From: an uncultured Gammaproteobacteria bacterium | GTDB lineage: Bacteria; Patescibacteriota; Microgenomatia; Daviesbacterales; UBA10151 | Assembly (NCBI GenBank): GCA_964360965.1 | Contig: CAYHYM010000001.1 | Location: forward strand, 30,001 to 62,000 | DNA length: 32,000 bases | Reading direction: 5' to 3' | Shown here: piece after piece, positions 10,020 through 17,970 of the stretch | Position numbering within the stretch: the stretch's first letter is position 1 | Layout: every line of letters starts with the position of its first letter | Program-made: the position numbers and the translations under genes | Notes under the pieces: model-generated | The model's database searches: none | Told to the model about the DNA's origin: nothing | The model's input: the letters and a program-made list of their open reading frames with translations, nothing else

Positions 10020-11288
10020 CTACAGTGTCAACCTTTTACTTGTTCTCATCACATTATCAAAGTCTCCATGGATATCCCACCAATTTCTCAATTTTTTACC
10101 CTGATATGTTTTAGTGTTATTTTTTCCCGGCATGTTTTGCAGCATCCAAATTTGATAATTCAGTGCAGAGTTATTATTTATCGGATCTATATCCTGACAA
10201 CCCCAAATTTGACAACTAATATCTGTCAGCTGACCTAAAGTATCCGGATTCCAATCCAGACAATCAGATTTTTGGGGGGTTGGATTATTCCTGTCATATT
10301 CTGATCTGGCATTTGGTGGATTGTGCGCTGAACCGCACCTGCCATTCACCCCCAAAGTCTGCGGGAAATTTGGTCCCTGGAATTTATCTCTGTATAAACT
10401 TTTATCAACAGCATCAATTTCTGCCTCTATTTGATGTCCCCAAGACTCCAAAGCTTCTGCAGTAAACCTTTGATAATTAAATGTGTACACACGATAAGTA
10501 TTTGCACAAATTGGCATATCATTCTCTCCGCCGCTATTTGAGATATCCCCAAACGGCCCTGACATTTTTGATTCATAAATATCAAGATAGGGGTGACTGT
10601 CTGCTTTTGGCGAACCCTGATAACCCCAAAGCCATACCTCTTTTACCCCCTTACTGTCAACATAGTCGCAAATGTTGTGAGTTTGCATGATGCCCCGGTA
10701 GTCAGGGTAGGTTGGTTTATCCAACCGGGCTTTAATCGGTACTGCCTGCAGGTATTCTTTGGTATCAACGATTGTATAACGGAGAACCGGTTTTGCATTC
10801 GGATCTTTATATCCCAAATATGTGCTGGCTTTCTCCAAAGATATTTTGAGCTGGCTGGTCACATCATCAGTTCTTTTTTTGATCAGTTCATATGAATCAC
10901 CAATATCTCCTGTCACAGTAATATCAATACACTGCTGTTGGGGATTTAAGGAACAGGGAACAGAAGGAAAATATTTAATCAGCAACACATTTATATTAAA
11001 ACTTGTATCCAAGCCTGGTTGGAAAGTTGGAGAAGGGGATGGAGATGAAATTTGTGTGGGAGAAGGACTAGGAAAAGTTGTCACTGCTTCTTTGGTAATT
11101 TTTAATTTTACATTAGAGTTGGTAGTTTCTGTGATGACCTGACCTGTATCATTCACAAATTCCACCTTTGGAATAAAAGCTGCTCTGGGTTTAAAAATCT
11201 GAGTCTGCCTGACCAGATACATGGTGGCAGGAATGGAAATAAGAATAATGACGAAGCCTATGAGAATAAGTATTTGTTTTTTCGTCAC
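10020..11288 (-). CDS. Anchored extracellular protein, unknown ~330 aa Cys/Trp-rich C-terminal domain
   Basis: 422 aa ORF with a GTG start and AAGGGA upstream. It has a TM helix plus LVRQTQIFKPRAA motif, then a PSPSP linker. No family recognised. Confidence 0.7.
   Translation of the reverse strand: MTKKQILILIGFVIILISIPATMYLVRQTQIFKPRAAFIPKVEFVNDTGQVITETTNSNVKLKITKEAVTTFPSPSPTQISSPSPSPTFQPGLDTSFNINVLLIKYFPSVPCSLNPQQQCIDITVTGDIGDSYELIKKRTDDVTSQLKISLEKASTYLGYKDPNAKPVLRYTIVDTKEYLQAVPIKARLDKPTYPDYRGIMQTHNICDYVDSKGVKEVWLWGYQGSPKADSHPYLDIYESKMSGPFGDISNSGGENDMPICANTYRVYTFNYQRFTAEALESWGHQIEAEIDAVDKSLYRDKFQGPNFPQTLGVNGRCGSAHNPPNARSEYDRNNPTPQKSDCLDWNPDTLGQLTDISCQIWGCQDIDPINNNSALNYQIWMLQNMPGKNNTKTYQGKKLRNWWDIHGDFDNVMRTSKRLTL
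11092..11288 (-). repeat. Copy B of duplicated N-terminal anchor module
   Basis: See copy A. Confidence 0.9.
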
Positions 11289-11305
11289 TTTTCACTTTTC
11301 CCTTA

Positions 11306-13183
11306 TCACTTTAACAATATGCTGGCCGTTTGAGGAGGTATTGGTCCCCAAGCGCCACTTTCAAAAAACTGCACATACGCTGACTTTAATCCTGGTCCAC
11401 CTGTTAAAGTCAGATCCAAAGTGAAAACTGTTGCTGTACCCATATCACTTTGGGCTAAAACAGTGGCAAAATTAGGATCAAAGGAAACCCTGAAAGGCAG
11501 CAGGCCTGAAGGCACAGCAGAGGCGGTGGCTGTGGGGGAGGCTGAAGAAGTTGCCACCGGCGAGGCAGATGCAGTTGCCACAGGTGATGCGGCAGGACCA
11601 CCTACAGGGGGTTCTTTTGGTAGAGGGGGAGAGAACTGCTCATCAGATTGGTTGATATTCTGCCTCATACAGGCATAATCAATGGAATTAATCCTGCCAT
11701 CCCCATTAAAATCACCTGTTTTGACCACGTCTTTTACCAAACTCCACTGGCGGGTTAATTCTGCCCGATCAAAAGCATTTATTTTTCCATCAGCCTTGAT
11801 GGCTGGAGCAATATCACCAACCAGCAAAGTTACAGCCTCCAAATTCTTGGTACCGGTTTTGGTTTCAAATTCCACTTTTTTAGAGAGGGTATTGGGTGCT
11901 TTAATAACCAGGGCATACTTTTTATTTTTCTCCAGCTTTGGTGTAAAACCTGTCACTTTGCCATCTTTGTCCAGTTTGACTGTTTGTTCCAGAACCGGCT
12001 CCGGGTTTTCCGACTCGGCGCTGACCAGTACATTGGCAAAAATCTTCACTAACACATTATCCACTGCCAAATTCCCGCCAGCGCTCTTACATTGGGTTAG
12101 AGCGGCAAAGGTGACAGTGGTAGTGCCCACCGAACAGTCGGCTCTGGCAGTTTTGCTGTCATCACGGGTCAGCTCCACATCATTTTTGCCTTCCAATTTT
12201 TTATCCAAAATAGCTGTCACCACCCCTGTTGATTCATTCCAACTCAAAACTTCCGCATCAGTTCCACCCACCTTAACTTTGCCTTTACCTTTGGGGCCAA
12301 TATTGGTACCGGTGATGGTGATGCTGGTACCGGATCCGGAAATGGCATGAGTACAGCTGGCCTCAGAAATAGCAGGATTGGGGATAAAGTTGATCATCCG
12401 ATCTCTTCTTGAAATAACACCAGTATTTGATATAAAGAGGGCATGAATAGTATTTCTGCCAGGTTTGGTTAAGGTATGGGGTATCAGCTTGGGATGAGTA
12501 TCATAAAGTTGAGCGCCTTTATCTGCGCAAGAGGTAGCAGTAATTGGCCCTTTATCAGATATAAAGAAACAGGCAGTAGAAACAGGTGGAGTTGGGGATG
12601 GTGATGGGCTAGGTGATGGACTGGGACTTGGTGAAGGTGAAGGAGACGGTGAAGGAGACGGAGCCTGGTTGACTGTCAGGGCAGAAGGGGAAACAGACAG
12701 GGTTTCCAATGATAAATCTGATTTAACATTTTTCAGCAAGGAGGTATTCAGTATATCAATGCCATACTGATTGGGGGATTGGGATGTAAACACAAGTTCT
12801 ACAAACGAGGTAGTAACTGCCGCAGGCAATGTAAAGCTGGCTGCGGTGTCCAATTCTCCAACCAGTTTAATCTGGCCGTTTAAATTGATCTGGGCCAGAT
12901 TTTGGTCTCCATCGCCCTCCAATACATCAGATTTTTTGCCAACTTTGTAGGTAATGCTTTTCAGCTTAGCCTTAACTGGATCAAATTTAACATTAATTTG
13001 ATACATCCTTATCTTTAAGGCGGCAGTTGAAGTAAGCTGAGCATTGACTGTGAAATCCTGCCCTGCCGGCGCTACCAAGGCAGGCGGATTAAATGAGGAA
13101 GAAACTGTCTGGCCAAATGCGGCCCTGGGCAAGCCTAGTGTAGCAAGTAACAATAAAATAATAACAGTAAATTTTCTTTTCAT
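11306..13183 (-). CDS. Secreted multidomain protein: cohesin-like + (SP)n linker + IPT/TIG-like + beta-sandwich + dockerin-like repeats
   Basis: 625 aa ORF with signal peptide ..LPRAAFG/QT. The TIG-like segment is SGSGTSITITGTNIG..VKVGG. The dockerin-like Ca-binding pair is GDIAPAIKADGKINAFDRAEL ... GDFNGDGRINSIDYACM. Confidence 0.75.
   Translation of the reverse strand: MKRKFTVIILLLLATLGLPRAAFGQTVSSSFNPPALVAPAGQDFTVNAQLTSTAALKIRMYQINVKFDPVKAKLKSITYKVGKKSDVLEGDGDQNLAQINLNGQIKLVGELDTAASFTLPAAVTTSFVELVFTSQSPNQYGIDILNTSLLKNVKSDLSLETLSVSPSALTVNQAPSPSPSPSPSPSPSPSPSPSPSPTPPVSTACFFISDKGPITATSCADKGAQLYDTHPKLIPHTLTKPGRNTIHALFISNTGVISRRDRMINFIPNPAISEASCTHAISGSGTSITITGTNIGPKGKGKVKVGGTDAEVLSWNESTGVVTAILDKKLEGKNDVELTRDDSKTARADCSVGTTTVTFAALTQCKSAGGNLAVDNVLVKIFANVLVSAESENPEPVLEQTVKLDKDGKVTGFTPKLEKNKKYALVIKAPNTLSKKVEFETKTGTKNLEAVTLLVGDIAPAIKADGKINAFDRAELTRQWSLVKDVVKTGDFNGDGRINSIDYACMRQNINQSDEQFSPPLPKEPPVGGPAASPVATASASPVATSSASPTATASAVPSGLLPFRVSFDPNFATVLAQSDMGTATVFTLDLTLTGGPGLKSAYVQFFESGAWGPIPPQTASILLK
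12601..12643 (-). repeat. (Ser-Pro)n linker DNA, near-identical to 15707-15749
   Basis: gtgatgggctaggtgatggactgggacttggtgaaggtgaagg matches 15707-15749 at 42 of 43 positions. Confidence 0.85.
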
Positions 13184-13188
13184 ACTTT

Positions 13189-14115
13189 TTAACGCTTCCA
13201 GATATTCAAATCATCAGCGTCTATTTGACCGTCACCGTCAAAATCAGGGTTAACAGAGACAGGTATTTTACCTAAGTTTACCGCAGTCAGCCAGTAAAGA
13301 TAATCATTTTCATCTTTCACTCCGTTACCATCAGCATCACCTAGGGTTCTTGATGGTCTGTTGCACCAGCTATTTTTATCCTGGGTAGAGGGCACAATGT
13401 TGTAGATAGTTGCCGGAAGAGAACATTGTATCGGACCGCTTCCAGGAGGTAGTCCGTAATCTACCCCTGTCAGTTTGGTAAACTGGCAAGGAGAGGAGCA
13501 GCTGTTATCGGCTTGACACCCACATCCTGTCACAGGCGGGAGCGGAGAAGGCGAAGGAGAAACAGCAGGCCCTGTCACCATATATCTCCCTTCAATGTTT
13601 TCTGCAGTTATTAAAGTTGTTTCCGCTCCGGAGGCCACCAGTTCAAAGGCAGGGGCAAACCTGACAGTTGATACCCCTCCTGCCCTGGCCTTAAACTTGA
13701 GCGTTCCCAAAATCAGAACTCCTGAAGAGATGGGATCTTTCGACTTTCTTACAGCAGTAAAGCGGAACTGGCCCAAGGGATCATCCACAGTATTTCTTAA
13801 AGTGTCAAAACTTGAAAGAGCAGGGTCAAATGTGACAAGCTGTAAGATATTTGTGTTGTAGGCAAGCTGTATGTTTACTCCGGTAATATCCTGGTTTCGT
13901 GCATTCATCTTCAGCTGCACCTCAAATTCTTCTCCCGTATTTTTGCTGGATTCAGCAGGAGAGAGAGACAGTGTTACTGCGCCAGTAGGCACCGCAGCCC
14001 TACTTCTTAGGTCCTGAATCTGCCTGACCAGATATAAAGTTACTGGTATGGCCACAATCAGAATAGCCACTACCATAAACGGTATAATTTTTATCAATTT
14101 ATCTCTATCTATCAT
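13189..14115 (-). CDS. Anchored cohesin-like + dockerin-like protein
   Basis: 308 aa ORF with a TM helix and LVRQIQDLRSRAA motif. The cohesin-like pattern is VTLSLSPAES..FEVQLKMNA..ITGVNIQLAYN. The C-terminus GDADGNGVKDENDYLYW...DFDGDGQIDADDLNIW is dockerin-like. Confidence 0.7.
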   Translation of the reverse strand: MIDRDKLIKIIPFMVVAILIVAIPVTLYLVRQIQDLRSRAAVPTGAVTLSLSPAESSKNTGEEFEVQLKMNARNQDITGVNIQLAYNTNILQLVTFDPALSSFDTLRNTVDDPLGQFRFTAVRKSKDPISSGVLILGTLKFKARAGGVSTVRFAPAFELVASGAETTLITAENIEGRYMVTGPAVSPSPSPLPPVTGCGCQADNSCSSPCQFTKLTGVDYGLPPGSGPIQCSLPATIYNIVPSTQDKNSWCNRPSRTLGDADGNGVKDENDYLYWLTAVNLGKIPVSVNPDFDGDGQIDADDLNIWKR

Positions 14116-15686
14116 AGGTAACCATTTTTCCAGATACTGAAATCCACGGTATTGATTGAGTCGTCGCAGTTGAAGTCTGCCTTTTTACTCTTGGTTAAGG
14201 AATGTAACTCCCTGAACCAGATGTTAAAGTCTGAAAGATCCACATCACCATCTTTGTCAGCATCACCCTGGGAGGGGACACAAACCGCTGGTGTTGGGGA
14301 AGGGGAAGGAGAGGGAGAAGGGGAGGGGGAAACTGTAGGTTGAGGAGCTACACAAAAACCTCTATTTGGTTGATTGGCTTCACAAACAGGTTTTTGGGGG
14401 TCAACACAAAAAGAAGCATCTGTTTGACATTGACTGCCATGACATATCAGACAATCCCTAGCCTTGGAGGCTGAGACGCATTGGGCATCAATACATTTAT
14501 CTTTAAATTCCCTAAAATCAATTGACACCTTTCTTCTACATCTGTCATCCTCATCATCTTTGGTGGCTGCAAAATTATCACAATTAGGATCTTCTGTCTG
14601 TGTTTTGGGGTTATTTCTACAAACTCCACACTGGCCAAAGTTATAGGTATTTAGGATGGGGGTAGTGGTAGTTACACAGGCAAAACAAGATTGGCCTGAA
14701 ACAGCACAAGTCAGCTGGCTGGCTGGAACCCCTTGATAAGCCGGGGTATCAGAAGATGAAAGGCAACCAATAGTACCGGCTGGTTGGCACTGATATGTCC
14801 TTTCAGCTCCAAAAAGATTGCCTGCGGATACTCCCACAGGACAAGTGGGAACACCTAGGGCCCCACCGGGTAGGGTGGTAAAAACAATCAGACTAAGGTT
14901 ACACTGCCCACCAAATTCCTGACTTTTATCATTAAACATTCTCCACCTGAAGGGATATGTCCCAGCAGTTGTGGGCCCAATTGTGACATTAAAGTCCTTT
15001 TGATTGCCTGGTTCAATTGTGCTACCTACACTAATATTGGTTTTATCTGGCTTGAATGCCAACTCAGCACCTGAACCACCAGTGAATCTTAAGGAATAAT
15101 TTGATTGCCAGTTGTTAGTAACACCCCCAGTAGGGTCTTGAGTATTTCTTAAAATCATGGTGATGTTATAAGATTTGTTAATCACAACAATACCAGGGTG
15201 TTTATCATAAGGTTGGCCATCAATGGTGACGTCTGTACAGTCTGCCCTGTCTGCACCACCCACACCTACATTGCCAGATGAAGGTGAAGGTGGAGGTGGT
15301 GGTGGTGAGGCTGCAGCGGGACACTGCTTTGGTTCTGTACAACTGGAAGCATCACACTGCGGTTGATCACCTGGATCATTAGGATCGGCCACACCGTCAC
15401 TATTGATGTCCAGGGTGTTATCCGTATAAGTGGCAAAAGCCGTTAGATAACAACCGTTGGCATCTACAGATCCACAACTACCAACCGGCTGACCAACTTG
15501 TGGCTGGTTTGGCCTATTACACGGGAAAAGACCATCTGGGGCAGGACTCATAATCTCTGCTGCCTTTGATTTAAGTTGAGTTTGTTGTTGGACCAGTCTT
15601 ACTCCCACCAGAAGCCCCACAGCCAAAACCCCCAAAATCAACAGGGCAATGATATTTCTTTTAGATAATAATTTTGTTGCTTCCAT
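14112..15686 (-). CDS. Anchored Cys-rich protein with TSP3-like Ca-binding segment, NBR1-type Ig-like module and C-terminal dockerin-like repeats
   Basis: 524 aa ORF with a TM helix and LVQQQTQLKSKAA motif. Other elements are DINSDGVADPNDPGD, PGNQKDFNVTIGPTTAGTYPFRWRMFND, many CxxC pairs, an (SP)n linker, and GDADKDGDVDLSDFNIW...DFNCDDSINTVDFSIW. Confidence 0.65.
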   Translation of the reverse strand: MEATKLLSKRNIIALLILGVLAVGLLVGVRLVQQQTQLKSKAAEIMSPAPDGLFPCNRPNQPQVGQPVGSCGSVDANGCYLTAFATYTDNTLDINSDGVADPNDPGDQPQCDASSCTEPKQCPAAASPPPPPPSPSSGNVGVGGADRADCTDVTIDGQPYDKHPGIVVINKSYNITMILRNTQDPTGGVTNNWQSNYSLRFTGGSGAELAFKPDKTNISVGSTIEPGNQKDFNVTIGPTTAGTYPFRWRMFNDKSQEFGGQCNLSLIVFTTLPGGALGVPTCPVGVSAGNLFGAERTYQCQPAGTIGCLSSSDTPAYQGVPASQLTCAVSGQSCFACVTTTTPILNTYNFGQCGVCRNNPKTQTEDPNCDNFAATKDDEDDRCRRKVSIDFREFKDKCIDAQCVSASKARDCLICHGSQCQTDASFCVDPQKPVCEANQPNRGFCVAPQPTVSPSPSPSPSPSPTPAVCVPSQGDADKDGDVDLSDFNIWFRELHSLTKSKKADFNCDDSINTVDFSIWKNGYL

Positions 15687-15689
15687 ATT

Positions 15690-16088
15690 TTATATTCCAG
15701 GTGATGGTGATGGACTAGGTGATGGACTGGGACTTGGTGAAGGTGAAGGGCTTGGACTGGGGCTGGGAGACAGTGATGGAGAGGGGGATGGGGATGGTGG
15801 GAGTGGCAAATTAATTCCTTCCTCAGATTTTAAGAAAGGTGAATCCAACACCACATTTATTTCAGAATCTGTAGATGTACATTCACCAACAGCCGGACAA
15901 TTAACACCTGATTTTCCTTCTATTGCTCTAAAGGAGATCGGATCACCACCGGCTGCTTTGGATTTTAATTGCTGTTGGGTTTGGACCAGTTTAATCCCCA
16001 AAGGAATGGCCACAATCATAATGGCCAAAATCAAAAATGAAATGATGTTCTTCCTGGAAAAAAGACTGTTGTCTGAAGAATAATCCAT
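15690..16088 (-). CDS. Anchor-module-only protein ending in a long (Ser-Pro)n tail
   Basis: 132 aa ORF with a TM helix and LVQTQQQLKSKAA motif. The last ~35 aa are SPSPSP... and the stop lies 3 nt before the next gene's start. Confidence 0.5.
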   Translation of the reverse strand: MDYSSDNSLFSRKNIISFLILAIMIVAIPLGIKLVQTQQQLKSKAAGGDPISFRAIEGKSGVNCPAVGECTSTDSEINVVLDSPFLKSEEGINLPLPPSPSPSPSLSPSPSPSPSPSPSPSPSPSPSPSPGI

Positions 16089-16121
16089 TACCCTTACTCT
16101 AAAGCAAAAGATTGAAGTTTG

Positions 16122-17573
16122 TCAATCTGTTTTTAACTTGGTCAAATCTACAATCACAAAATCATGGGTCTGATGGATAATCTTATATTTTTCCATGACT
16201 TGCTTTGTCTGATCATCAAGAGCCACAGACACATAATGGGTGGCCCCCAGCTTAATCAGCTCGGTCACACTCAGGTAAACAGAAGACCAGCCAGGTCGAT
16301 CCAGCTGGTATAAAAAAGCGGTATTTCTCTCAAATGGAGCAATCACCCTGGCTTCTTTGGGTAAAATTTCTCTGGCCACATCTCCAGCTTTCATAATCTC
16401 ACCATGATTAATCTGATAAAAACCCCTCACCTGATACCAGCCAAAAGCAAAGGTTAGAGCAATCAAAGCTAAGGTAGCAGGAATGGTGATCCAGGCAGTC
16501 AACCATCTGCCGGAGGCAAAAATTAGAAAATCTACTGAGCGGGCCATAAACACAGCCAAAATCGGCACCAGGGGAATCTGATAATAATCATGTTCCACAT
16601 TGCCGCGAGCCAAAATCAGCACATATAAACTTAAACCCAGCAGCCACCAGTGGAAAAACCAGGTTTGACCTTGTTTCGGCTTCAAAAATACTCCCAGGGT
16701 AGCCAGGAAAAAACCAGCCACAGTTAAAATTTCCCTGCCCAGTCTTTCTGCAATAATCCAATGTAAGAAAGCTCCTTTGTAGCGGATGTTGTCACCATTA
16801 AAAAGCCAGGCGGCAGAAGGGATGCCTTCAGGATATTGCAGCATCCATAAACGCCATGATAACAGAGGTACAGTGGTCAAAGCAACCAGCAGATACAGCT
16901 TAAGGTTAGTCAGGGCCCGCAATCCCCGGTAATGGAAAGATAAATATGCCATCGGCATCAATAGATAAAGCGTGTATGGTTTGGTGAGAATGGCCACATT
17001 CAAAAACAACACAGTCAAAACAAAAAAAAACCAGGTTTCTTTTTCCAAAAACCTGATAAAAAAATAAAGGGCTGACAAAGAGGCAAAGATCATCATCGGC
17101 TCCGGCATAAACACTCTGGAGAAATAAATATTATACGGTAAAAAGGCCAAAAAGAGAGCTGAGATAAGAGCAACCCTGATCCCTAAAAATTTTTTGACCA
17201 GAAGATAAAGGAGAATAATTGACAAAAGTGAGAAAACAACTGACATTTGCCGGCCATAGATTACCTCCACCTGTCCCATGATCAGATATACCACTGCCAC
17301 CAGACCGCTATAGATGGGAAATTCCACAAAGCGGAAACGCTGCGGGTTGGGACGGGAATCGTGGGTAACAGGAGCCATGTCATCATATTTAGGATGCAAA
17401 AAATCAAAGCCTTCTTTGATAAAATTTCTGGACACAGCTGCCGTGTCAACCTGCCTCCAGGAATGCCAGTCACCCAGGGGAATGTTGATCCGGTACTGGC
17501 GGATCCAAAAGGCCCCAATTAAAATGATTATCAAAAAGAGCAGGGGACTGGAAAAAACCTTTTTAAGTACCAT
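16122..17573 (-). CDS. GT-C fold glycosyltransferase, family 39 (PMT_2/ArnT-like)
   Basis: About 12 TM helices, with an N-terminal loop GDWHSWRQVDTAAVSRNF typical of PMT_2-type proteins. I prefer the MVLKK ATG at 17573, because the track start at 17597 would place TGCTATAAT inside the ORF. Confidence 0.8.
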   Translation of the reverse strand: MVLKKVFSSPLLFLIIILIGAFWIRQYRINIPLGDWHSWRQVDTAAVSRNFIKEGFDFLHPKYDDMAPVTHDSRPNPQRFRFVEFPIYSGLVAVVYLIMGQVEVIYGRQMSVVFSLLSIILLYLLVKKFLGIRVALISALFLAFLPYNIYFSRVFMPEPMMIFASLSALYFFIRFLEKETWFFFVLTVLFLNVAILTKPYTLYLLMPMAYLSFHYRGLRALTNLKLYLLVALTTVPLLSWRLWMLQYPEGIPSAAWLFNGDNIRYKGAFLHWIIAERLGREILTVAGFFLATLGVFLKPKQGQTWFFHWWLLGLSLYVLILARGNVEHDYYQIPLVPILAVFMARSVDFLIFASGRWLTAWITIPATLALIALTFAFGWYQVRGFYQINHGEIMKAGDVAREILPKEARVIAPFERNTAFLYQLDRPGWSSVYLSVTELIKLGATHYVSVALDDQTKQVMEKYKIIHQTHDFVIVDLTKLKTD

Positions 17574-17579
17574 AAAGCC

Positions 17580-17588
17580 ATTATAGCA
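17580..17588 (-). promoter_or_regulatory. Extended -10 (TGcTATAAT) 6 nt upstream of the GT39 ATG, so the mRNA is probably leaderless
   Basis: The minus strand reads tgctataat-ggcttt-ATG. Confidence 0.5.
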
Positions 17589-17665
17589 GCAAGACAAATT
17601 AGACAGTATCTTGCAAAATCATACATTAAACAAAAACGCCGTAATTAATATTGTCCGACAAGGAC

Positions 17666-17842
17666 CAGTATATCTGTGAGTCAGTATATCAGTGTTTCAG
17701 TGGATTAAAAATATTTGATAATTTGATAATATGGAAGTGTGATAAAAGATGTGAATATAAACTTTTGTCAAAAAGAATAAACTCCTTGCACAAATACTGG
17801 CGCTTTTAACACCGATACACAGATATACTGAAAGATACACTG
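17666..17842. repeat. Inverted iteron-like words GTATATC / GATA(T/C)AC flanking a ~120 bp AT-rich core
   Basis: CAGTATATC occurs at 17666-17674 and 17682-17690. GATACAC is at 17814, GATATACTG at 17822-17830 and GATACACTG at 17834-17842. There is a perfect 13 bp inverted repeat, 17666-17678 against 17818-17830. The core contains the tandem TTTGATAAT x2. Confidence 0.7.
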
Positions 17843-17935
17843 AAACTCCGAGCCCCTAGAAGGGCCTAAAAACGGCTGGTTAGGGGAGGGCCGCTATCTG
17901 CCATCATCTAGTTTAGGCTGTCAGGAAGGGCCAAA

Positions 17936-17970
17936 TTGGTAGTTAGTAGTTTGTAGTTGGTAGTTGGTAG
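17936..17970. repeat. Five tandem heptamers TTNGTAG
   Basis: The sequence reads ttggtag ttagtag tttgtag ttggtag ttggtag. Confidence 0.85.

Noticed and set aside
9790-11168. Diversity-generating retroelement (template/variable repeat) as an explanation for the 77 nt identical repeat in surface-protein genes.
   Set aside because: There is no reverse transcriptase in the window. The repeat covers the conserved N-terminal anchor rather than a variable C-terminal domain, and mismatches outside the core are not adenine-specific.
15649-16083. 144 aa plus-strand ORF rich in GDGLGEG repeats. The same applies to 11421..11678, 11682..12350 and 14152..14343 on the plus strand.
   Set aside because: These are antisense readings of the (Ser-Pro)n linkers and of long minus-strand genes that have clear domain content.
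16122-17597. Track start at 17597 (MSCCYNGFMVLKK...) for the GT39 gene.
   Set aside because: The first 8 codons contain the TGCTATAAT extended -10. The ATG at 17573 fits the leaderless geometry seen at several other genes. The difference is only 8 aa.
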